From contig JAITOU010000042.1 in the NCBI GenBank assembly GCA_031289755.1, forward strand, positions 2,502-66,501: DNA of 64,000 bases. Reading direction: 5' to 3'. The notes beneath the pieces are model-generated. The model searched no databases, was not told where the DNA came from, and worked only from the letters and a program-made list of their open reading frames with translations. The stretch comes from Clostridiales bacterium. GTDB lineage: Bacteria > Bacillota > Clostridia > Christensenellales > JAISNN01. Shown piece by piece: positions 36,484 to 44,826 of the stretch. Position numbers and translations under genes: made by a program. Within the stretch, counting starts at the first letter, position 1. Each line of letters starts with the position of its first letter.

Positions 36484-37782
36484 ATGAGACGCAGGGTCAC
36501 GGAAAATTTAATCCGCTGGAAAGAAAAAACCACAGGGCGTATGCCGCTGTTGGTCTATGGCGCAAGGCAGGTCGGCAAGACCTATATTATACGGGAGTTC
36601 GGCAGGCTGCATTATAAAAACGTTGTCTACTTCAATCTCGAAACAAATCAAACGGTCTTCTCTTATTTTGCCGACAATATCGAGCCGGAACGCATTTTGC
36701 GGTTTTTGGAAACCGAATCACGGGAACGGATAATTCCCGGTGAAACGCTTATAGTTTTTGATGAAATTCAGTCATGTCCGCGCGCGCTGACCTCTTTGAA
36801 ATACTTCAACGAAAAAACGCCCGAGTATCATATTATCGGGGCGGGCAGCCTGTTAGGGGTGGCAATTAACCGTGAAAAACACTCCTTTCCGGTTGGCAAT
36901 GTCGATTCCTTGACAATGTTCTCATTGGATTTTGAAGAATATCTTTGGGCTTTGAATGAAGAATTGCTTTGCGAAGAAATAAAAAAAGCTTTTGAAGCAA
37001 ACGCCGCGCTGCCACTTGCTCTGCACGAAAAAGCATTGGATTTGTACCGACAATATCTCATCGTCGGCGGAATGCCGCGAGCGGTTTTGGAGTTCACGGA
37101 AACAAAAAGTCTGCTGACCGTGCCGGAGGTGCAAAGCAAAATCATCAATGATTATATTGCGGATATGGCGAAGTACGCCACAAATACGGAGAGCGTAAAA
37201 ATCCGCGCGGCATTTAATTCTATTCCGGTTCAGCTTGCAAAGGACAACAAAAAATTTCAGTATAAGTTAGCGCAAAAGGGCGGTACGGCTGCGATTTTCG
37301 GCGCGGCGATTGAGTGGCTGGAATTTGCCGGTGTGGTATTGAAATGTCAAAAAATCGAGCAGGGCTTTATGCCGATTTCCGTTTACAGCGACCTTTCCTG
37401 TTTTAAATTATATATGAGCGACGTCGGCTTATTGACCATGAAAAGCGGCATTTCGCAGCCGACGGTTTTGTCGGCGGGCGACATAGACAACGTTTTTCTC
37501 GGCGCACTATCGGAAAACTATGCGGCGCAGGCACTGCACAACAAGCATTACGGGCTTTATTATTGGACGACGGACGGGGTTTCCGAGCTTGATTTTGTGT
37601 TGCAAAAGGGCGATGAAATTATTGCCGTCGAGGTCAAAACCGGCACACGCACAAAATCAAAAAGTCTGAATATGTTCGCGGCAAAATACAAGCCCGCCTA
37701 CTCGATTCGGATTTCATCCAAAAATTTCGGCTTTGAAAACAATATTAAATCCGTACCGCTGTATGCCGTGTTTTGCATTTGA
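36484..37782 (+). CDS. AAA+ ATPase of the COG1373 type (AAA_14 plus DUF4143) with a PD-(D/E)xK-like C-terminus
   Basis: Walker A GARQVGKT, Walker B LIVFDEIQ, C-terminal ELDFVLQKGDEIIAVEVK. Confidence 0.75.
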   Translation: MRRRVTENLIRWKEKTTGRMPLLVYGARQVGKTYIIREFGRLHYKNVVYFNLETNQTVFSYFADNIEPERILRFLETESRERIIPGETLIVFDEIQSCPRALTSLKYFNEKTPEYHIIGAGSLLGVAINREKHSFPVGNVDSLTMFSLDFEEYLWALNEELLCEEIKKAFEANAALPLALHEKALDLYRQYLIVGGMPRAVLEFTETKSLLTVPEVQSKIINDYIADMAKYATNTESVKIRAAFNSIPVQLAKDNKKFQYKLAQKGGTAAIFGAAIEWLEFAGVVLKCQKIEQGFMPISVYSDLSCFKLYMSDVGLLTMKSGISQPTVLSAGDIDNVFLGALSENYAAQALHNKHYGLYYWTTDGVSELDFVLQKGDEIIAVEVKTGTRTKSKSLNMFAAKYKPAYSIRISSKNFGFENNIKSVPLYAVFCI

Positions 37783-37811
37783 CGCTTAATCACTTTTGAT
37801 TTAACATTTTT

Positions 37812-38078
37812 TTAATTATCTTTTTTTAAGTCGGGTGTCCGAAGCAATTCGTCTGCGGTTATTTTGAAGATGTTCGAGAAGGCGAGAAGCTCTATGTCGG
37901 TGACGAAGCGTTGACCGCTTTCTATTCTTTGGACGGCGTTTTTGTCAAGGTCAAGACCTTGAAGCTGAAGCTTTTCGGCTAAGGCGCGCTGAGAGATGTA
38001 GGGAAGAAGCGTGCCGCGCAGCTCGGCGATACGTTCTCCGCAAATATTATTTCTTGATTGATTTTTGTTTTTAAACAT
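37812..38078 (-). CDS. XRE-family HTH transcriptional regulator (88 aa)
   Basis: ISQRALAEKLQLQGLDLDKNAVQRIESGQR helix-turn-helix. Confidence 0.75.
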   Translation of the reverse strand: MFKNKNQSRNNICGERIAELRGTLLPYISQRALAEKLQLQGLDLDKNAVQRIESGQRFVTDIELLAFSNIFKITADELLRTPDLKKDN

Positions 38079-38125
38079 ATATTAAGCCTTTTGCAGTAAA
38101 AAGGAAAGAAAGTTTTTTATATTTT

Positions 38126-38168
38126 TTGACATTTACTACTTGTCAACGCTTGAATTATATGATATAAT
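38126..38168 (+). promoter_or_regulatory. Divergent promoter/operator region: palindrome TTGACA-N9-TGTCAA overlapping the -35 element
   Basis: TTGACA 38126-38131 and TGTCAA 38141-38146. TTGTCA (38140-38145), 17-nt spacer, TATAAT (38163-38168). Confidence 0.55.
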
Positions 38169-38192
38169 GATTGCGATGTTGACATTCAGTGA

Positions 38193-38819
38193 ATGTCGAA
38201 AAATAAAATTGATTTTCAGTTTGTGAGTGAAAACATGAAAAAATGTGAAACCTGTGAAAAAGAAACGGACAATGATGATTATCAATGTCCCGAATGCTAT
38301 AAGAAAAGCGAAGAGCTGTATAACATACTTGCAAATAAAAGCAAAGAACAATTAATCAAAGAAGAAACTGCCGTATTAATATTGATAGCGATATTAAAAG
38401 AGCAATACTTAAATGAAGAAATCATAAAAATAATATTCAAAGACAAAAAAGAAAAAATACAAAATTTAATAGAAAATTATATTTATCACGAAACGGAAAT
38501 CAATATACATTATATTGCAAATCAATCGTTAAAAGCCGTAAACTTAAAAGATTATCAAATAACAATATACGAACAAAAATCAATAAATACAGGAAGCTTA
38601 TATGATAGCGGCGCAGACTATAGAAGATGTCGGGAATGCGGAACAGACATACAAAAACTGCCGTATTATTATTACTTCTGCACGAAATGTTATCAAAAAA
38701 TAAATAATTTCACCTTTACTTATCAAACAAAAAAATGCACGTCATGCGGAGCCGAAATGAACAAATATCCATTAGAACACCATATATGCAAAAAATGTTA
38801 TCATAAATTTAATGATTAA
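38193..38819 (+). CDS. Hypothetical triple zinc-ribbon protein (very AT-rich gene); start uncertain (38193 or 38235)
   Basis: CETC-x10-CPECY, CREC-x13-CTKCY and CTSC-x13-CKKCY. Visibly lower GC than its neighbours. Confidence 0.55.
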   Translation: MSKNKIDFQFVSENMKKCETCEKETDNDDYQCPECYKKSEELYNILANKSKEQLIKEETAVLILIAILKEQYLNEEIIKIIFKDKKEKIQNLIENYIYHETEINIHYIANQSLKAVNLKDYQITIYEQKSINTGSLYDSGADYRRCRECGTDIQKLPYYYYFCTKCYQKINNFTFTYQTKKCTSCGAEMNKYPLEHHICKKCYHKFND

Positions 38820-38905
38820 AATATGCCGTAATCACGGACGGAGAAACTCAATTCCCCGTCCGTTTTGTTTTAAAACAGCCCCGAAAAACATCAATTCGCG
38901 AAGCT

Positions 38906-39178
38906 TGTGAATTCAAGCGTGAATTCAATGAATTGATTGTACGCGTTAAAAATTGAAGTTGAAAGATTAGCTTTAAATTTTATATACAATATATAGTGAT
39001 ATGAGATAAATGTAAACACTATATGTTGTGAAAAAAATAATTTAACAGGCTTCTTAAAAGCCTTGTGGAAACGCGGTTTGTAATTTGAATTCACAAAATT
39101 CAGTGAATTCAGTGAATTTTGTGAATTCAAGCGTGAATTCACGATATTCGGTGAATTTTGTGAATTTTCGCTTGAATT
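38906..39178 (+). repeat. Iteron-like array: 11 TGAATT cores in two clusters flanking an AT-rich ~150-bp core; includes a 22-bp perfect direct repeat
   Basis: TGAATT at 38908, 38920, 38929, 39086, 39104, 39113, 39122, 39134, 39152, 39161 and 39173. tgtgaattcaagcgtgaattca at 38906-38927 and 39120-39141. Confidence 0.85.
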
Positions 39179-39200
39179 CGGCGCAAGGGTATGATATAAT
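39172..39200 (+). promoter_or_regulatory. Promoter of the AlbA_2 gene; the -35 element overlaps the last iteron
   Basis: TTGAAT, 17-nt spacer, TGaTATAAT. Confidence 0.6.
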
Positions 39201-39227
39201 AAGGGCAAAGCCTAAGAGGGGTGAGCC

Positions 39228-40541
39228 ATGAGATTTTTTGAGAATGAAACAACCGAACTAAAAAGCATTTATACCGACGATATAAAAAAAACAGCGGTGG
39301 CTTTTGCCAATACGGACGGCGGGCGGATTTATATCGGTGTAGGCGACGACGGCGAAGTGATAGGCATAGCCGATTGCGACGACCTTATTCTTAGGATTGT
39401 AAACAGTTGCCGAAACGCGATAAAGCCTGACATTACTATGTTTATCAAAGCCGGAAAGGAAACAATCGACGGCAAAGACATAGTGGCGGTAGACGTGAGT
39501 AAGGGAACGGCTCTGCCGTACTATATCGGCGAAAGGGGACTTAAACCGGGCGGCGTTTATGTGCGTGTCGGCAGCAGCACGGTAGCGGCTACCGACGTTC
39601 ATATAAGAAATATGATTAAGGAAGCGGACGGAGACGGCTACTGCAACGTCCGCTGTTTGGAAACGGATTTGACTTTTTTTGCGGCCGAGTCGGAGTTTGC
39701 TAAGGAAGGCTTAAAATTCGGAGATGCGCAAAAGGTGTCGCTCGGCATCATGAATGCGGATAAGCAATATACAAATCTCGCCCTGCTGCTTTCGGAGCAA
39801 TGCAAGCATACGATTAAGCTTGCCGTATTTGAAGGAACGACAAAAACGGTTTTTCGCGACAGAAAGGAGTTTGAAGGGTCGCTTTTTAAGCAGTTGGACG
39901 ATGTGTATTCTTATCTTATGATATTGAATAAAGTACATGCCGTCATTAACGGAATCAAGAGAACGGACAATTATGACTATCCGCCCGTCGCACTCCGCGA
40001 AGCATTGTTGAATGCGCTTATTCATCGGGATTATTCGTTCAGCGGAAGTATTTTTGTCAATATATACGACGATAGATTGGAAATATTGTCGCTCGGCGGA
40101 CTTGTAAAGCATTTGGATATAGAGGCGATAAAACAAGGTTTTTCGCAGTCGCGAAACGAAAGGCTTGCCAACATCTTTTATAAGCTCGGCAAGGTCGAGG
40201 CTTACGGTACGGGAATACCGAGAATAATGGATTTGTACGGCGAATATGCCAAAAATCCGGAATTTGCTATAACGCCGAGCAGCTTTGCAATTATTTTTCC
40301 GAATGCAAACTACGGCGATAACGGACGAAAAGTAGGCTCGAATAAAAAGGTTTCTTCCGAAGACGGCGAGCGAGTCTTAGACTTTGTACGGCGGCGCGGC
40401 ACGGCGGTGCGGCAGGATATAATAGATGCTCTCGGCTTTAAGAGTACGCACGCTTATAATATTCTTTCGGCATTAGAGACGCAGGGCAAAATTAAAGTGA
40501 CCCGAAAAGGCAAGGCAAAGGAATATTCTTTACCGTCATAA
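39228..40541 (+). CDS. Schlafen-like AlbA_2 domain / HATPase_c_4 / C-terminal wHTH protein (COG2865 type)
   Basis: ENETTELKSIY...AFANTDGGRIYIGVGDDGEVIGI; LREALLNALIHRDYSFSGSIFVNIYDDRLEILSLGGL; C-terminal wHTH. Confidence 0.75.
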   Translation: MRFFENETTELKSIYTDDIKKTAVAFANTDGGRIYIGVGDDGEVIGIADCDDLILRIVNSCRNAIKPDITMFIKAGKETIDGKDIVAVDVSKGTALPYYIGERGLKPGGVYVRVGSSTVAATDVHIRNMIKEADGDGYCNVRCLETDLTFFAAESEFAKEGLKFGDAQKVSLGIMNADKQYTNLALLLSEQCKHTIKLAVFEGTTKTVFRDRKEFEGSLFKQLDDVYSYLMILNKVHAVINGIKRTDNYDYPPVALREALLNALIHRDYSFSGSIFVNIYDDRLEILSLGGLVKHLDIEAIKQGFSQSRNERLANIFYKLGKVEAYGTGIPRIMDLYGEYAKNPEFAITPSSFAIIFPNANYGDNGRKVGSNKKVSSEDGERVLDFVRRRGTAVRQDIIDALGFKSTHAYNILSALETQGKIKVTRKGKAKEYSLPS

Positions 40542-40698
40542 AAATTACCGCCGATTGTATATGGCGCGTTGTTTGATTGACTTTTTTGCGTCGGCATTGT
40601 AAAATAGATTTATACTAATCCTTAAACGCCGATAATTGTCGGCGGTTTTGTGCCGTGTGAAAGCGGTTGATTTTTGAATTCTTTTGGGAAGTTTGTGT

Positions 40699-41250
40699 AT
40701 GTTGATTATCGTCGGCTTGGGAAATCCGGGAGCGGAGTATGCCCGAACCTTTCATAATGCGGGATTTTTGACGGCGGACGCGCTTGCCGCTAAGTTGGAT
40801 GTCAATATCAAGGACAAGGAATGCCGTTCGCTGACGGGAAAGTTTTTTTATAACGGCGAAAAGGTCGTTTTGGCAAAGCCGCAGACCTTTATGAATCTAT
40901 CGGGCGACGCCTTGCGCGAGCTTATGGGTAAGTACGGCGCGGAAGAGAGTCAAATAGTAGCCGTGTATGACGACGTGGATATTCCGCTCGGAACGATAAG
41001 GATAAGAAAGGACGGCAGTGCCGGAACGCATAACGGTATGCGCGATATAATCTTAAAGGCGGGGTACGTTCCGCGTATCAGAATAGGCATAAAGAAAGAA
41101 TCCGCCGTTCCGCTCCGCGATTTTGTCCTGTCACGCGTAAGCGACGCAGACATCAAAATCCTTTCGGAGTCCACCGACAGAGCCGCTGACGCGCTCAAAG
41201 ACTATATCATTAACAGAGATTTTGAAAAGATAATGCGAGAATACAATTAG
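40699..41250 (+). CDS. pth: Peptidyl-tRNA hydrolase
   Basis: MLIIVGLGNPGAEYARTFHNAGF...GTHNGMRDI. Confidence 0.9.
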   Translation: MLIIVGLGNPGAEYARTFHNAGFLTADALAAKLDVNIKDKECRSLTGKFFYNGEKVVLAKPQTFMNLSGDALRELMGKYGAEESQIVAVYDDVDIPLGTIRIRKDGSAGTHNGMRDIILKAGYVPRIRIGIKKESAVPLRDFVLSRVSDADIKILSESTDRAADALKDYIINRDFEKIMREYN

Positions 41251-41287
41251 AAAGGTATTTATTGTGCGATATCTTAAATAAAAAAAT

Positions 41288-44200
41288 ATGTTTGAATTTT
41301 TGAAGCCCGAATATCTCGACAAGGACTATTCCGAATTTGTCAAGCTGATTGACGACGGACGGAGAGTCGGAGTCATGTCTATGGCGGAGAACGCAAGACC
41401 CCATGCGGCGGCTGTTCTCGGTCGTTTTGTGCTGTACGTCGCGAGAGACGCGGTGCATGCCGCAGAGACGAGAGAGAAGCTGGCTTGTTTTTTTGACAAG
41501 AAGGTCTTGACGCTTCCGGGAAAGGACGATTTTTTGATATACAAGCAGGGCGCGGTCGCGGGGATTACAAAGGAGCGGCTGTCCGTCCTAAAAGAGCTGG
41601 CGTCGGGGAGCGTCGGCGCGCTCGTCGTGTCCGCCGAAACGCTTATGCAATATTTGCCTAAGCCGGAGATTTTTAGGTCGCTGTGTATCGATATCAAGGC
41701 GGGCGGCGAAAGAGATATTTATGACGCGGCGGAGCGGCTGACGCTTGCGGGATATACGCGGACGGAACGCATATCGTCGGTCGGGGAATTTGCGCTCAGG
41801 GGCGACATACTCGACATATATCCCGTCGCCGACAATCCCGTCAGGATAAATTTTTTCGGCGATACGGTAGAATCGATTAGGGTCATAGACGCGGACTCTA
41901 TGATAGGGATAAGGGCTATCAAGGAAATAACCGTCTGTCCGGCGAGCGAGATACTTTTGGTCGGAAACGCCGTACACATCGCCGCCGAGCGCATAGAAAG
42001 GCAGGAAGTACCTAAGGGTGCGGACAGGCTGCGTTTAAAGAATATCACCGCCGCCGCGCTTGAACGGCTCGAACGCGGCGGCGGACATTGCGGCTTCGAT
42101 TGGGTCATTCCGTTTGCGGCGGAATGCTTTTCGACGGTCTTCGAGTGGCTTCCGGCGGACGCCGCAATCGTTTATGACGAGCCTAATGCCATTCACGAGC
42201 GTTTAAAGAGCGCGTACAGAGAGTTTTTTGGACGCGTCGTCACCCTTACCGCAGGGGGAGAGGTCTATCCGGCTCACAAGGACGCCGCCGTAGACGAAAG
42301 CAAAAGCTTGTCGGGTGCGGCGGCATATCCTGCGGCGGCTTTTATGAAGATATCGTCTTTAAATCCGTTTTTTGTTCCCGACGCCGTTTTGAATATGCCG
42401 TCGATAAGGACTGCCCCTTATCATACCGATTACAATATGCTTTGCTCCGACTTAAAGGTCTTTTTAAAGACGGGCAAGCGCGTAGTCTTGTGCTGTAAGG
42501 ACAGAGAAAGGGCTAAGACGCTGTACGGCTCTTTGAACGATAAATTTTCACGGCTGAGATTTGCCGACGAGATGCAGGGAGCTTTTGACGGAATATATAT
42601 CGCGCCCTTCAATATCAAGGACGGCTTTTCTATCGAGAAAAGCGGACTTGTCGTCGTCGGCTTCGGCGATTTATTCCGCTACAAAGAAAAAAAAGAAATA
42701 CAAAACGGCAAAAAAAGAGCCGGATATATACCTGCGCCGGGTGATTTTGTCGTACACGACATTCACGGTATAGGCAAATTTGTAGGCATAGAAAAGATAA
42801 AGACGGGCGAAGTCGCAAGAGATTACGGGCGCGTGTCGTACAGAGACGAACAGACGCTGTACGTTCCCGTCGAAAATCTCGATAATTTGAGTAAGTACAC
42901 GGGCGGCGGTGAGCCTAAGCTGTCAAAAATGGGCGGCGCGGAATTTGCAAAGGTCAAGGCAAGCGTCATAAAATCCGTCAAGCAGTTGGCTTTTAGCCTG
43001 CTCGACCTGTACAACAGGCGCGAAAATGCCGCCGGACACGTCTACGCTAAGGACACCGAATGGCAAAAGGAATTTGAAGACAGCTTTGAATACGAAGAGA
43101 CCGACGACCAGCTCTCCGCCGTCGCCGACATCAAAAACGACCTCGAAAACGGCAGAATAATGGACAGACTGCTCTGCGGTGACGTCGGCTACGGCAAAAC
43201 CGAAGTAGCCCTGCGTGCGGTCTTTAAGGTCGTCATGGAAGGCAAGCAGGCGGCTATACTCGCTCCGACGACTATATTAGCGCGTCAGCATTACAATACG
43301 ATATTGGCGAGAATGAAGGAGTACAAATTTAACGCCGGAATACTTTCGCGCTTCGAGTCGCGTGAAGAATCGGAAAAAACCCTTAAAGATTTGAAGGACG
43401 GCAAGCTCAATATCATTGTCGCCACGCACAGACTGCTCTCTAAGGACGTTTGTTTTTTTGACCTTGGGCTGCTTGTCTTGGACGAAGAACAGCGTTTCGG
43501 CGTGGAGCATAAGGAAAAAATCAAGACGATAAAAAGCAACGTCAACGTTCTGACGCTTTCGGCGACGCCGATACCGCGCACGCTCCATATGTCCTTGTCG
43601 GGAATACGCGACATAAGCCTGCTCGAAACTCCGCCCCAAAACCGCGTACCCGTCGAAACCTACGTCACGGAATACTCCGACGCGCTGATACGCGACGCCG
43701 TCCTGCGTGAAAAGGGCAGGGGCGGACAGACCTTTATCCTTTATAACCGCGTCGAAACGATAGACAGCTACGCTTACGGTTTGAGCCGTCTTTTTGAAGA
43801 TTCGGACGTCAAGATGATAACCGCTCACGGCAGAATGAGCGGAGCCGTCTTGGACGAAAAGATGACGTCCTTTTATAACGGCGAAGCCGATTTGCTGATA
43901 TGCACGACCATTATCGAGAACGGACTCGACCTGCCCAACGCCAATACTATCATCATATGCGAAGCCGACAGGCTCGGTCTTGCCACGCTCTATCAGCTGC
44001 GCGGACGCGTCGGCAGAAGCGGCTTGACCGCGCACGCCTACTTCACCTACGAAGGCGGCAAGGCGGTGACCGAAAACGCCATGAAGCGGCTCAACGCCAT
44101 AATGGATTACACCGATTTTGGCAGCGGCTACAAGCTGGCTATGAGAGATTTGGAGATACGCGGCGCGGGCAATATCTTGGGCGCGGAACAGCACGGACAT

Positions 44201-44746
44201 ATGGAAAAGGTCGGTTACGAAATGTACAGCCGTATGCTCAAAGAAGCGGTGGGGGAATTGCGCGGCGAAAGGGAAGCGCACGGCAGGATAAACGAAACGG
44301 AAGTCAAAATCGATTCCGATATCGATACCTATATCGACGACGCTTATGTGAGCGGCGAGCAAAAGACGGAGATGTACGGACGCATAGCGCGTATAGATTC
44401 GGAGCAAAAACGTCGGGAATATATCGACGAGCTGACCGATATATACGGCAAGCCCGGCAAAGCTCTCGTCAATCTCACCGACATCGCCCTTGTCAAAAAT
44501 ACCGCGACCGGTCTCGGTATCAAAAAGGTCATGATAAACAATCGGGGATTGGGGATAGTGTTTGACAAAGAATTTGCCGTCCGCGACAAGCTTTTAAAGC
44601 TCATATCGAGAGATTTGAACGTCGTTTTGACCGGCACGGACAATGTGCCGACACTGCTTTTCAAATCCCAAAATCTCAATGCGGAACAGAAATTGGAAAA
44701 GATAAAGGTTTTTTTGAACAAGCTCACGGCAACGCTCAAAAAATAA
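41288..44746 (+). CDS. mfd: Transcription-repair coupling factor
   Basis: 1152 aa. CGDVGYGKTEVALRA, VLDEEQRFGV, LSATPIPRTL, QLRGRVGRS. Confidence 0.92.
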   Translation: MFEFLKPEYLDKDYSEFVKLIDDGRRVGVMSMAENARPHAAAVLGRFVLYVARDAVHAAETREKLACFFDKKVLTLPGKDDFLIYKQGAVAGITKERLSVLKELASGSVGALVVSAETLMQYLPKPEIFRSLCIDIKAGGERDIYDAAERLTLAGYTRTERISSVGEFALRGDILDIYPVADNPVRINFFGDTVESIRVIDADSMIGIRAIKEITVCPASEILLVGNAVHIAAERIERQEVPKGADRLRLKNITAAALERLERGGGHCGFDWVIPFAAECFSTVFEWLPADAAIVYDEPNAIHERLKSAYREFFGRVVTLTAGGEVYPAHKDAAVDESKSLSGAAAYPAAAFMKISSLNPFFVPDAVLNMPSIRTAPYHTDYNMLCSDLKVFLKTGKRVVLCCKDRERAKTLYGSLNDKFSRLRFADEMQGAFDGIYIAPFNIKDGFSIEKSGLVVVGFGDLFRYKEKKEIQNGKKRAGYIPAPGDFVVHDIHGIGKFVGIEKIKTGEVARDYGRVSYRDEQTLYVPVENLDNLSKYTGGGEPKLSKMGGAEFAKVKASVIKSVKQLAFSLLDLYNRRENAAGHVYAKDTEWQKEFEDSFEYEETDDQLSAVADIKNDLENGRIMDRLLCGDVGYGKTEVALRAVFKVVMEGKQAAILAPTTILARQHYNTILARMKEYKFNAGILSRFESREESEKTLKDLKDGKLNIIVATHRLLSKDVCFFDLGLLVLDEEQRFGVEHKEKIKTIKSNVNVLTLSATPIPRTLHMSLSGIRDISLLETPPQNRVPVETYVTEYSDALIRDAVLREKGRGGQTFILYNRVETIDSYAYGLSRLFEDSDVKMITAHGRMSGAVLDEKMTSFYNGEADLLICTTIIENGLDLPNANTIIICEADRLGLATLYQLRGRVGRSGLTAHAYFTYEGGKAVTENAMKRLNAIMDYTDFGSGYKLAMRDLEIRGAGNILGAEQHGHMEKVGYEMYSRMLKEAVGELRGEREAHGRINETEVKIDSDIDTYIDDAYVSGEQKTEMYGRIARIDSEQKRREYIDELTDIYGKPGKALVNLTDIALVKNTATGLGIKKVMINNRGLGIVFDKEFAVRDKLLKLISRDLNVVLTGTDNVPTLLFKSQNLNAEQKLEKIKVFLNKLTATLKK

Positions 44747-44756
44747 TAAGAAAATA

Positions 44757-44800
44757 AAAATCCCCCTTAACGCTCAAAGCATTAAGGGGGATTTTCTTTA
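44757..44800. terminator. Bidirectional terminator between mfd and the convergent surface-protein gene
   Basis: atcccccttaa-N11-ttaagggggat flanked by an A-run and a T-run. Confidence 0.8.
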
Positions 44801-44826
44801 TTTTTTAAATTACATCTAAGTTGAAA

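Noticed and set aside
38891-39208. 105-aa - strand ORF (NS-rich) across the iteron region.
   Set aside because: Its NS(Q/L)NS periodicity is just the translated TGAATT repeats. It has no RBS and spans a promoter and an AT-rich non-coding segment.
36484-40541. Prophage or integrative element.
   Set aside because: There are no integrase, capsid, terminase or replication genes, no tRNA target and no flanking direct repeats that I could find. I describe it only as an accessory island.
43277-44407. 376-aa - strand ORF inside mfd, with similar antisense ORFs inside other large genes (7164-7856, 10319-11041, 8294-9061, 14900-15352).
   Set aside because: Each overlaps a gene with clear conserved motifs on the opposite strand. 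The translations are Arg/low-complexity rich with no recognisable domains.
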